This document shows positions 27,938 to 37,210 of a DNA stretch of 64,000 nt, in pieces; position 1 is the first letter of the stretch, and each line of letters starts with the position of its first letter. The notes below the pieces were generated by a model. That model was not told the DNA's origin and made no database searches. It worked only from the letters and a program-made list of their open reading frames with translations. Both the position numbers and the translations under genes were made by a program. The DNA comes from Acidimicrobiia bacterium (lineage in GTDB: Bacteria > Actinomycetota > Acidimicrobiia > IMCC26256 > JAENVU01): NCBI GenBank assembly GCA_031422675.1, contig JANPMG010000009.1, positions 6,750 to 70,749 on the forward strand. Reading direction: 5' to 3'.

Positions 27938-28683
27938 GTACCGCCGCCGAGATACGCGGCGAGCACCGCGGGATCATCCTTGACGGTGGCGGTGGCACCG
28001 GCGGCGATCACCCGTCCGAGGTCGAGCACGGTCAAGGAGTCGGTGACGTCGAACACGAGGCTCATGTCGTGGTCCACGAGGAGCACGCCGATGTCGGCCG
28101 CACCGAGCGACCGCAGCACCGCGCCCAGCGCGGCGGTCTCGGTGGGGTCCAAGCCCGCCGCCGGTTCGTCGAGCAGGAGCAGCTTCGGATGCGAAGCAAG
28201 GGCCCGGGCCACGCCGACGAGCCGGCGCTGACCGTGCGCGAGTTCGGGCGGGCGGACCTCGGCCAGTGCTTCCATGCCCACCATGTCCAACGCGAAGTCG
28301 ACGTCGAGATCTCGCGTACCCCGCGTCGGTGCTACTGCGTCCACGAGCGACGACCACCAGCGCGGGCGATGCGCGGCAACGAGCAGGTTCTCGCGCACCG
28401 TGAGGTCGTCGAACAACTCGACGGACTGAAACGTGCGCACGAGCCCGGCGCGCGCCCGTTGGTGGGGCGGGAGATCGTCGATGCGGCGGCCGGCGAGCAC
28501 GATCGACCCGAGCGCGTTCGGGACGAAGCCGCACAACGCATCGATCATCGTGGTCTTCCCGGCGCCGTTCGGCCCGATGAGCCCCATGATCGCATCGGCT
28601 CCGACCGTGATCGACACGTCGGCGACTGCCTGCAGTCCGCCATAGGTCACGCTGAGATCACGGACGTCGAGCAGCGCGGTCAT
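27934..28683 (-). CDS. ABC transporter ATPase, LivG-like
   Basis: GPNGAGKT, RTFQ, DEPAAGL, AYLG; start at MTALLD. Confidence 0.92.
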   Translation of the reverse strand: MTALLDVRDLSVTYGGLQAVADVSITVGADAIMGLIGPNGAGKTTMIDALCGFVPNALGSIVLAGRRIDDLPPHQRARAGLVRTFQSVELFDDLTVRENLLVAAHRPRWWSSLVDAVAPTRGTRDLDVDFALDMVGMEALAEVRPPELAHGQRRLVGVARALASHPKLLLLDEPAAGLDPTETAALGAVLRSLGAADIGVLLVDHDMSLVFDVTDSLTVLDLGRVIAAGATATVKDDPAVLAAYLGGGT

Positions 28684-30665
28684 GCGCGAGCTCGCGCTCG
28701 CTCGACGAGGCGTCGCGCCCCCACGCTCAGCCCGTCGGGGAGCAGGATCACCACCGCGATCAACACGACGCCGCTCACCGCGAACTGGTAACTGGACGCC
28801 TGGGCCGTGGCACCCCCCTGGAGCTGGGTGAGAATGCCCCCCGACGCCATGAGGCCTGCGATCAGCGCCCCGCTGATCGACGCGATGCCGCCGAGATACG
28901 TGAGGGCGAGAACCGCGAGCGCACCGACGACCATGAACTGTTGCGGGGACAGGGCCGGGAGCTCGTACGCGAGGAGGGCGCCACCGATCGCGGCAAGCAG
29001 CGACGAGACCGCGAACGCGTTGAGCTTCGTGGCGCTCACGTTGATCCCGGCGGCGGCCGCGGCGCGCTCGTTGCTCCGCACCGCGAGCCAGCGCAGGCCG
29101 GTGGAGCTCCGCCGCCAGTTGGCCACGGCCAGACCACTCACGCCGAGGGCCACCAACGCGAGCACACCGAACTCGGGGCGAAAGTTGTCGCGACCAACGC
29201 CGAGAAACCCGAGGTCGATCCCGAAGAGACGGGGGCGCGGGACGTCGGTGAGTCCGTTGAGCGACGGCGAGTTGAACACCAACTGCTCGATCGCGATCGC
29301 GGCGCCGATGGTTGCAACCGCGAGCGTCATTCCCCGCACCCGTACCGCGGGCAACCCGACCAGCACCCCGACCGCCACCGTCAGCACAATGGCAAGGAGT
29401 GGCGCCCACGGAAACGCCACCCCGTTCAACGCCAACTTGGCCGTCGTGAACGCCGACAAACCGGCAAACGCATACTGCGCGAGCGAGATCTGGCCGACGT
29501 AGCCCGTGAGCACCACACTCGACAACGCGATGATCGCGGCGATGACCGACACCACGATGGCCAAGCGCCACAGTTCGTCCAGCGTGAACAACGCGACGAC
29601 GCCGAGACCGACGAGCAGCAACGTCGCAACCAGCGGTCGCCGGGGCACGGGCGACTGCGCGAGCCGCCCCTCCACCAACGCCTCCCGAGTCGGGAGCTGG
29701 GCCCCGCGGATCGAGATCGCCACGAGGATCACCACGACCGGCAACGCCTGGCGCAGGCCACCGTTCGGAAGCCAGTCGGGGAGCCAGTCGCTGCGGGCCT
29801 GGAATGTGCCGAGCGCGCTCTGAGCCATGCTGATCGCGAGCCCGGCAACCGTCACGACCGCAAAGTTGTCGAGCCGGCCGAGCAGTGCTGCGGCGAGCGC
29901 GGGCACCACGAGGAGACTGGTCTCCGTCGGTTCGAGCCGGCCCGACACTCCGGCGACGAGGATGACCGCCAGCCCGGCGAACACGGTGGCGATGACCCAG
30001 TTGAGGAAACCGAGCCGATCGGGCGAGAGGCCGATGAGCATCGCGCCGGTCTCGTGTTCGGCCGCCGCCCGGGTGGCGAGCCCGAAGCGCGTGTACCGAT
30101 ACACGATCGTCAGCACCACCGCCGCCGCGATCGCGAACCCGGCGAGCAAGAAACTCGACGTGGGCACCACCACGTCTCCGAGCCGCACGACGTCGGTCGT
30201 CAGGAGCGACTTGAGTTGGAGGGAGGCGGATCCGGCCCCGGTCTCACTCGACCGCAGCTGCATCACCGACTGGAGGTAGAGGAACACGCCGAGCGAGGCG
30301 ATGACGCGCGCGAGCGGCGGCGCGTTGCGCAGCGGCCGGAACACCAGCGCGTAGATCACCAGGCCGAGCACCGCCGCGAGTACCAGCGAGATCATGAGGG
30401 CGGTGAAGACCGTCGGCCGGTCCACGATGTGCACCCGCGACGGGAGTCCGATGATCGGCAGCACGAGATCGCCGCCACGCTCGGTGCTCGCCACATCGAA
30501 GTTCCGCATCCCGTAATACGCGAACGCGACGTACATGCCCATCGCGGCGTGCGCGAAGTTCACGACGTTCGACGCGCGGAACGTGATGACCAGACCGATC
30601 GCCAAGACGGCAATGACCGACCCGGCGCCCAGGCCAGTCAGCGATTGTTGGAAGTACGCGGAGAT
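28680..30665 (-). CDS. fused LivH-LivM ABC permease, apparent ATC start
   Basis: NFAH, GQISL, RSNERAA motifs; the first TM helix extends to ATC 30665, which follows a GAGGG RBS. Confidence 0.85.
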   Translation of the reverse strand: MSAYFQQSLTGLGAGSVIAVLAIGLVITFRASNVVNFAHAAMGMYVAFAYYGMRNFDVASTERGGDLVLPIIGLPSRVHIVDRPTVFTALMISLVLAAVLGLVIYALVFRPLRNAPPLARVIASLGVFLYLQSVMQLRSSETGAGSASLQLKSLLTTDVVRLGDVVVPTSSFLLAGFAIAAAVVLTIVYRYTRFGLATRAAAEHETGAMLIGLSPDRLGFLNWVIATVFAGLAVILVAGVSGRLEPTETSLLVVPALAAALLGRLDNFAVVTVAGLAISMAQSALGTFQARSDWLPDWLPNGGLRQALPVVVILVAISIRGAQLPTREALVEGRLAQSPVPRRPLVATLLLVGLGVVALFTLDELWRLAIVVSVIAAIIALSSVVLTGYVGQISLAQYAFAGLSAFTTAKLALNGVAFPWAPLLAIVLTVAVGVLVGLPAVRVRGMTLAVATIGAAIAIEQLVFNSPSLNGLTDVPRPRLFGIDLGFLGVGRDNFRPEFGVLALVALGVSGLAVANWRRSSTGLRWLAVRSNERAAAAAGINVSATKLNAFAVSSLLAAIGGALLAYELPALSPQQFMVVGALAVLALTYLGGIASISGALIAGLMASGGILTQLQGGATAQASSYQFAVSGVVLIAVVILLPDGLSVGARRLVERARARA

Positions 30666-30686
30666 GGTGGCCCTCGACCGTTCGGG

Positions 30687-31997
30687 TCAGCGCGCGAACG
30701 CTTGGACGTCGAGCCAGCCGGTCAGCTGGGTGATCTTCCCCTGCTTCAGCTTCCCCAAGGTCTGCTGCGGGGAGCACATCGCCCCGTAGCCCGTGAGTTG
30801 GCGGCCGTTACAGGTGTACGGGTGGCCGAAGAAACTCGGTGTGTCCTTGGACGCTCGGAACGCAGCCAGGATCGATGCCGGACTTACGTTGTCCGCACCA
30901 ATTTTTCGCAGCATCGAGTACAGGTTCATCATCGCCCGGAACGACACCGTTCCCGCGCCTTGGGCCTCGTACTGATACTTCGGACCGTACCGTTTCGCGA
31001 TCTCTTGGTAGAGCGCGTTGTCCGGGTTCTTCGAGCCGAGCTCGGCTTCGAGGTTGAAGATCGAACCCTCGGCTGCCGCACCCACCGCGTCGAGAATCTT
31101 CGGCGCCGCGCAGGCACCCGTGTACATGATCGGTGCGGTGAAGCCGATCTGTTCCGCGGTCTGCATCGCCGGTTGGCACCCGCTGTCGGCCGTCAATGCG
31201 ATCACGGCATCGGGCTTCGCCTGGGCGGCCGTGTTGAGCGCTTGCACCATGTCGCCGTTGATCGCACTCACACTGACGAGCGTCACCTCCACGTCGTGCT
31301 GTTCCATCACGCGCTTGCCGAGATTCGCCGAGTCCGTGATGGGACCGAACTCCGCGTAAATCAGCGCGATCTTCTTCGCCTTGAGCGTCTCGATCGCGTA
31401 CTGGCCCATGCCGAGCACTGCTCCCCAGGTCCCGCCACTGAACTGGAAACTCACCGGGCTGCGCGCCGCATCGAAGCTCACCGGGATACCCCCCACGTAC
31501 GGGATGCCGTTGTTCTCCAGCGTCTTGATCCCGGTGCCCCAGATGTCGATGCCACCGACGACCGCCACCACCTCGTCCGACACCATCTGCTGGGCACAGC
31601 TCTGCGACAAGTCGGCGTTGAAGTTCGTGTTGCACGTGAGCAACTCGATCGGGTGGCCGTCGACGCCGTTGAGTTCGGTGTTGATGAAGTCGACTGCCAC
31701 CTTGTCGGCGACGGTGAGCTCCGGGAACGCACCCGCGGCGCCCGTGTCCTGGTTGATCGTCCCGATCACGATCGGCGTGCCCGTCGCCCGCGTGGCGGTC
31801 TTGGGCATCACCGGTGCGAGAGACGAGCCTTTCGGAGCGCACGCCACGACCGAGACCGCGCCGTCACACTTCGTCGCCACATCATTCGAGGGCGTGGTGG
31901 ACGGCGCGCTCGTCTTGCTGGGCGTGGCTTCACTACACGCGGCACCGACGACGGCCGTCGTGAGCAGCAACGGTATGAACAGTTTGCGGATGGACAC
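30687..31997 (-). CDS. LivK-type ABC substrate-binding lipoprotein
   Basis: Lipobox GAAC; IN..LNGVDGHPIEL motif. Confidence 0.88.
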   Translation of the reverse strand: MSIRKLFIPLLLTTAVVGAACSEATPSKTSAPSTTPSNDVATKCDGAVSVVACAPKGSSLAPVMPKTATRATGTPIVIGTINQDTGAAGAFPELTVADKVAVDFINTELNGVDGHPIELLTCNTNFNADLSQSCAQQMVSDEVVAVVGGIDIWGTGIKTLENNGIPYVGGIPVSFDAARSPVSFQFSGGTWGAVLGMGQYAIETLKAKKIALIYAEFGPITDSANLGKRVMEQHDVEVTLVSVSAINGDMVQALNTAAQAKPDAVIALTADSGCQPAMQTAEQIGFTAPIMYTGACAAPKILDAVGAAAEGSIFNLEAELGSKNPDNALYQEIAKRYGPKYQYEAQGAGTVSFRAMMNLYSMLRKIGADNVSPASILAAFRASKDTPSFFGHPYTCNGRQLTGYGAMCSPQQTLGKLKQGKITQLTGWLDVQAFAR

Positions 31998-32057
31998 GAA
32001 GTTTCCCCCCGGAACAGTGGCACGTGTGACGAGCAGGTGTGACGAGTGATTCCGACC

Positions 32058-33458
32058 TCAGGACGCCGGTAGCCAGTTGCCATGAAACCCGAACGGCACT
32101 CGTTGGGAGAGTTGTACTCGCGCCACCTCTTCCATGCTGGCCGCGTCGAGCACCACGAAGTCGGTGGCAAGGGTGGTCCGGTCGGTCACGAAGTTGAGCA
32201 GCCAGCCGTCGTCCTCGTCCCGACCGGCCGGATCCGGCGCGAAGACCGCCTCGCCGCCGATGCGGTCCGCGCCGTACCCGTGCGTCTGCGCGGCCCCGGT
32301 GGTGAAGTCCACCTTGGTCACCGAGTCGAACATCCCGCCGTCGGGCCGACCGTTCGAGAACGTGGCGTAATAGCCGTAGCGGTGCGCGCGCCCCTCCATC
32401 GCCGCGGGCACCCGAGGAAAGTCCCCCGGCAGTTCGGCGATCTGCTCGTATCGGGCCGAGCGCGCGTGCAGATCCACGGTGAAGCGATGGAGCCAGGCAT
32501 CCGCATCCGCCGTCCCGCCGTCGGTCTCCAAACCGATGTCCATACGAGCGAGGCGGCACGCGTCGAGCGTTACGACCCGGCCGTCCGGGCTGGTGGACGC
32601 GTTCAGGAAGTGGAAGGCGTAGCAGGGGTCGGTGTCGATCCACACCACGTCGCGCCCGTCACCACCGCGTTTGAACACCCCGATGCGGGTCCCGTTCTCC
32701 GGTTTCCAGGTGAGCATCGGGCCACCGCGTGCGAAGGACGCGAAATCGAAGACCGCCGGCGCGTCGAGGAACACCACGTGCTGGTCGGTGACTGCGAAGT
32801 CGTGCATCATCACCGGCGCGGGCAGGTCGAGGTCGATGGTCGTGGTGACCTTGCCGCTCGCGTTGATCGCGACGTACCGCAGGTACGGCGGAACGGCGGA
32901 GTACCCGAACGCGAGCATCTCGCCGGTGACCGGATCGATCTTCGGATGCGCCGTGAATGCGCTCGTGAAGGCTCCGTCGAAGTCGTGGAGGCCGACGGTC
33001 TCGAGTTCCTCGGTCACCTCGGTGGGCGAACCCGCCTCCCACAAACACAGGATGCGCCCGGCGTGACAGACGACGTTGGTGTTGGCCACGTTCTTCATCG
33101 ACGGACCACCGGCAGTCTCTTCCGCCGTGGGGAAGTCGCCGTTCGCCATCCCGCCGTAGATCGCGGCGCCGCGTCGCATCTCCGCCGCGAGCCCCTCGGT
33201 GCGCACCCACCGGTTGCGGTAGCTCGCACCGCCGGCACCGTCGAGGGTCAACCCGTGCAGCATGCCGTCGCCGTCGAAGATGTGGTACCGACCCTTCGGC
33301 GCGAACATCGGATTCGGACCGTTCCGGAGCAACATGCCCGCCAGCCCGTCGGGCAGCTTCCCGATCACCGGGAGTGCGAGGTCATCCCGTTCGGTATCCA
33401 CCGGCGTGTATCCGCCCGAGAGGAACGGGTCATCCGTGGCGCTGATCACACTGGTCAT
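32058..33458 (-). CDS. carotenoid oxygenase family dioxygenase 2
   Basis: RNGPNP, FDGDGM, TAHPK, MMHDF, FHFLNA, GFHGNW. Confidence 0.93.
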   Translation of the reverse strand: MTSVISATDDPFLSGGYTPVDTERDDLALPVIGKLPDGLAGMLLRNGPNPMFAPKGRYHIFDGDGMLHGLTLDGAGGASYRNRWVRTEGLAAEMRRGAAIYGGMANGDFPTAEETAGGPSMKNVANTNVVCHAGRILCLWEAGSPTEVTEELETVGLHDFDGAFTSAFTAHPKIDPVTGEMLAFGYSAVPPYLRYVAINASGKVTTTIDLDLPAPVMMHDFAVTDQHVVFLDAPAVFDFASFARGGPMLTWKPENGTRIGVFKRGGDGRDVVWIDTDPCYAFHFLNASTSPDGRVVTLDACRLARMDIGLETDGGTADADAWLHRFTVDLHARSARYEQIAELPGDFPRVPAAMEGRAHRYGYYATFSNGRPDGGMFDSVTKVDFTTGAAQTHGYGADRIGGEAVFAPDPAGRDEDDGWLLNFVTDRTTLATDFVVLDAASMEEVARVQLSQRVPFGFHGNWLPAS

Positions 33459-35155
33459 ACGAGTGGTACTCCTTCATCCAGCTCGCGGGCCACGGTGCGG
33501 GCGACCGCGGCGAGATCATCCGGGAGCTCGTCGATGCGATCGAGTTCGTCGGAGAAGCGATTGCGAGCGACGGGCGGCGCGGCCTGCACGCCGGGCACCC
33601 ACGCGGAGTGCAGCACGAACGGCAACGTCATCGCACCGTCCGAAAGTGAGGCGAGCGGGCCTCGGTCCACGGCACCCGCATCGAACACGTCCACTCGGAA
33701 GCCGTCGTCCGAACAGACCGGTACCACCACGTATCCGTCGTGGCCACCCGGGTTCGAACCGGCGTGGCGGCTGTGCGCCGGGTTCGCGCCGGGGTCACGG
33801 GGCACGAAGATCGGCGACGTGGGAAAGTCCCCCAGTCCGAACTCGTGGTGCGCACTCGGTTCGAGATCCGGCATCGTCACGGACAGCAACAACGGCGCCG
33901 TCTCCGCCTCGGGCCATTCGGCGCGGTCCACGCGGTCGCCGTAGATCGCGAGCATCTTCTGAGTGATCGCCTCCGGCCGCCAGCCTTGATACACCATGTG
34001 GTGCGCGGTCGGATGCGCCGTGCCCTCGGCGCTCCAGTCCATGGCGCTGAGCTGCCGGGTCCAGAGCCATTCGGGTTGACGCAACTCGGCTCGCTGGGAG
34101 ACCGTGCCCGTTGCCGGGTCGAACTCCACCACCGTGGTTCGGTCCGGACTCATCGGAAATCCGTACAGACCACGCAGCGCCGGATCGCACGGGCGACCGA
34201 GGGCGTCGACGTCACCGGGGCCCTGCGCCATTGCGATGTCGGCATTCTCCGTGTGTTCGAACAACACCTGGATGCCGTCGGTGTCGTCGTAGCGCGCGTA
34301 GTAGTGGTTCATCTCCGGCGCGAGTTCGAACGCGACGCAGTCCACCGCGTCACCCGGCCGGGTGGACTCGAGCGCGTCCTTCCGGATCAGGTACACCGGT
34401 CCGGAACGGTTTGCCGGTTCCGTGCGATCGCCGCCGAAGAACACCTGCGGCTCCACTTTGAAGGCGCAGTCCGCAATGATCAACCACTCGCGCGTCTGGG
34501 TGATGGTGTGCACCGATTGCGGCATGACGGCGCCGGTGATCGGCCACCGCGCCAGCGGGCCTTCGCCGTCCCAGCGCACCACGTTCAACGCACCGAACTC
34601 GGTGTTGACGGTCCAGAGCACGTTCCGTTCGGGATCGATCACCGGGTGGGCCGTCGAGGTGACCATCGGCAGGAGCGGCTGGGGAAACAGTTCCATCGGC
34701 GACCACTCGGACCGGTGGCCCACCTCGCCGAGGAAGTCGAGCGTCAGGGGATCGACTTCGACCGGGCGACCGACGTCCCACGTCATGAACAACCGGTCGC
34801 CCCACGGCAGCGGTGCCGTGTTGGCCGCGTTGGTGAGCCCGAACGGAGAATGGACTCCGAGCATCGTGGGCGTGAAGACGTCTGGCCGGGCCCGGCGCAA
34901 CCGGGCCGACGGCGAATCGATCCGCCGCTGGCGCCACGCGAACGACCCCGTGGGCGCGCCGTGAGTCCCGGACGCCAATGAGAGGCGATAGGTCATACCG
35001 TCACCGAAGAACGCGTGCGGCGCGTCGAGGGTGTCGGGGTGAGGTGCGCTGATGATCAACTCACCGCTCAGGTCCTCGGGCCACACGCCGTGCGAGACGG
35101 TCAGGTCGTGGTCCACGGGATCGTCGGTCCCGAGTAACGAGCGAGGAATCGGCAT
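33455..35155 (-). CDS. divergent carotenoid oxygenase family dioxygenase 3
   Basis: GDGM, NTA, TAHP, SVHTI, MNHY, VLHSAW. Confidence 0.8.
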   Translation of the reverse strand: MPIPRSLLGTDDPVDHDLTVSHGVWPEDLSGELIISAPHPDTLDAPHAFFGDGMTYRLSLASGTHGAPTGSFAWRQRRIDSPSARLRRARPDVFTPTMLGVHSPFGLTNAANTAPLPWGDRLFMTWDVGRPVEVDPLTLDFLGEVGHRSEWSPMELFPQPLLPMVTSTAHPVIDPERNVLWTVNTEFGALNVVRWDGEGPLARWPITGAVMPQSVHTITQTREWLIIADCAFKVEPQVFFGGDRTEPANRSGPVYLIRKDALESTRPGDAVDCVAFELAPEMNHYYARYDDTDGIQVLFEHTENADIAMAQGPGDVDALGRPCDPALRGLYGFPMSPDRTTVVEFDPATGTVSQRAELRQPEWLWTRQLSAMDWSAEGTAHPTAHHMVYQGWRPEAITQKMLAIYGDRVDRAEWPEAETAPLLLSVTMPDLEPSAHHEFGLGDFPTSPIFVPRDPGANPAHSRHAGSNPGGHDGYVVVPVCSDDGFRVDVFDAGAVDRGPLASLSDGAMTLPFVLHSAWVPGVQAAPPVARNRFSDELDRIDELPDDLAAVARTVARELDEGVPLV

Positions 35156-35348
35156 CAGGGTGCTCCCAGTTCTGAATCGGTCGTACACCGGCGCGCGTCG
35201 AGTGGGTCAGACACCACAGCCCGGCGCGTGCCGAACTGCTGATCCACTTCGGCGGTAAACAGTGTAAAGTACGCGGTCGGATCGCGGCCGTCAAGCACCG
35301 ATTCCCCCGCCTCCTCGGCCGCTCCTCGGTTCCGGGTGGAGTCGGGCG

Positions 35349-37040
35349 TCAGCCCCGGGCGAACTCGCGCAGCACCGCGCCGGGTCGGGCGCCGGTGTGC
35401 CGGCCGTGCTCGGTGACCACGGAGCCGTTGACGATGGTGGCGGCGTAACCCTCCGACCGCACGAGCAGACGACCCTTGCCGTTCGGGAAGTCGTGGACGT
35501 ACTCGGGATAGCCAGACTGCAACCGACTCACGTCGAACACGTTCAGGTCGGCGAACTGACCCGCGCCGACCGTGCCCCGATCGACGAGCCCCAGCACGCT
35601 CGCCGGCTTCGCAGTCAGCTGGTGCACCGCCTGCGGGAGGGTCACCTTGTTCCGCTCCCGTTGCCAGTACGAGAGGTAGTGAGTGGGCGCATCCGCGTCA
35701 CAGATCTGACCCGCGTGCGCGCCGGCATCGCCGAGGCCGGGGCACACCCCGTCGAGCTGGAGGAAGTCGCCCAACGCCTCGGGATTGCGGTTGTAGAACC
35801 ACACGTTGAACAGCTCGCGGCCCTCGCTCTCGATCAGCCGGTCCACGATGAACGCCACCGGATGCACACCGAGCGCGGCCGCCTGGACCGCCACCGATCC
35901 TTCGGCCTCCATGCTGTAGTCCGGGTGCTCGTCGTTGCCGAGCGGGAAGATGTAGCCGGGGTCGTACCACGTGCCCTTGCGTTCGCCCTCGGCGAGCAAC
36001 TCGTCGCGCGTCGCGCGGTCTTTCAGTGCAGCAACCCGAGCGGCGACGGTCGGGAGTTTCATGAGCGCGCTCCACGCCGCGCCGCGCACCGGTGCCACCT
36101 GGGCAAGGCCGGTGAGGATCCCTCCGGGCCGGGTCATCGCGGCGGACGTGATGCGACCGGCCTCGGCCCGCGTGCTGCTGAGGAACTGGTCCCAGCCGAG
36201 GGTCGCCGCAGGGGCGCGGTCCGGGTCCGAGCCGACCCCACCCGAGAACAACACGTCGCCAGCCTGCTCGGCCATCGCGCGCAACAGGGCGAACTCGTGG
36301 CCGGGCTTCGTGTCGAAATCCAGGACGGCTTGGAAGATCCCGCCACCGGCATCGTTCATGCCGGCCACGATGGCGGCGTACTCATCGATCTCGGAGTACG
36401 TGCCCGGGACACATCGTCCGTCGGGCACCTTGTGATCGAGCAATCGCGACGTCGAGTAACCCACCGCGCCGCCCGCCACCGACTCCGCCGCGATCGCCGC
36501 CATCCGTGCGAGCTCGTCGGGCGTCGGCGCTTCGTCGGATAGCGAACGCTCCCCCATCACGTGGTACCGCACCGCGCAGTGACCGACGAGGCCCACCACG
36601 TTGAGGGCCGGGCGCAGGCGCGCGACCGAATCGAGATACTCGGGATAGGTCTCCCAATCCCACGGCAGCCCGCCGAGAATCGCCTCCCGCGGGATGTCTT
36701 CGACGCTCTCCATCATCTCCGCGAGGTACTCGCGGTCGGACTCGACGACGGGCGCGAACGTGACGCCACAGTTCCCCATCACTACCGTCGTGACGCCGTG
36801 CCACGAACTCGACGTCATGTACGGATCCCAGCCCACCTGGGCGTCGAGGTGGGTGTGCAGATCGACGAAACCGGGGCTGACGGTCAGTCCGGCGGCGTCG
36901 ATCTCGGTGATGGCGCCCACACCCTGCAGATCCCCGACGGCGGCGATGCGATCGCCGTCCACCCCCACGTCGACCTTCCGGGCCGGCGCACCGGTGCCGT
37001 CGACCACCGTGCCGTTGCGGATGATCAGGTCGTGGGTCAT
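35349..37040 (-). CDS. N-acyl-D-amino-acid deacylase family amidohydrolase
   Basis: VDGTG, PGFVDLHTH, GNCG, DAGAH, ADLNVFD. Confidence 0.9.
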   Translation of the reverse strand: MTHDLIIRNGTVVDGTGAPARKVDVGVDGDRIAAVGDLQGVGAITEIDAAGLTVSPGFVDLHTHLDAQVGWDPYMTSSSWHGVTTVVMGNCGVTFAPVVESDREYLAEMMESVEDIPREAILGGLPWDWETYPEYLDSVARLRPALNVVGLVGHCAVRYHVMGERSLSDEAPTPDELARMAAIAAESVAGGAVGYSTSRLLDHKVPDGRCVPGTYSEIDEYAAIVAGMNDAGGGIFQAVLDFDTKPGHEFALLRAMAEQAGDVLFSGGVGSDPDRAPAATLGWDQFLSSTRAEAGRITSAAMTRPGGILTGLAQVAPVRGAAWSALMKLPTVAARVAALKDRATRDELLAEGERKGTWYDPGYIFPLGNDEHPDYSMEAEGSVAVQAAALGVHPVAFIVDRLIESEGRELFNVWFYNRNPEALGDFLQLDGVCPGLGDAGAHAGQICDADAPTHYLSYWQRERNKVTLPQAVHQLTAKPASVLGLVDRGTVGAGQFADLNVFDVSRLQSGYPEYVHDFPNGKGRLLVRSEGYAATIVNGSVVTEHGRHTGARPGAVLREFARG

Positions 37041-37104
37041 GAGAACTCCAGCCGCGCCGTGAACCGAACCCGCGCAATATACGGCCCCCACTCACACCCC
37101 TCCC

Positions 37105-37164
37105 CCGAACTCGCACCAGTTCCGCACGCCAGGGCTGGCAAACGACGCGTTGGTTCGAGTTCGG
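37105..37164. repeat. REP-like element, family B, copy 2
   Basis: Outer inverted repeat CCGAACTCGCACCA...TGGTTCGAGTTCGG. Confidence 0.75.
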
Positions 37165-37210
37165 AGGGCTCGGTGCCACCTACTCCCAGACCCTGCGAGA
37201 GACTGATGTC

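Noticed and set aside
30687-30689. Selenocysteine readthrough fusing SBP and permease
   Set aside because: The UGA is at a natural C-terminus, not a catalytic Cys position. There is no SECIS-like stem at the proper distance, and an RBS follows.
28941-32042. 1033-aa plus-strand ORF
   Set aside because: Antisense shadow of the ABC permease/SBP genes; Arg/His-rich, no motifs, typical of high-GC DNA.
35240-35270. GATCC-N17-TGTA as a third ECF promoter for the CCD operon
   Set aside because: It is on the wrong strand for the operon. The AT-rich TAAACAGTGTAAA may be an operator or -10 element, but support is too weak.
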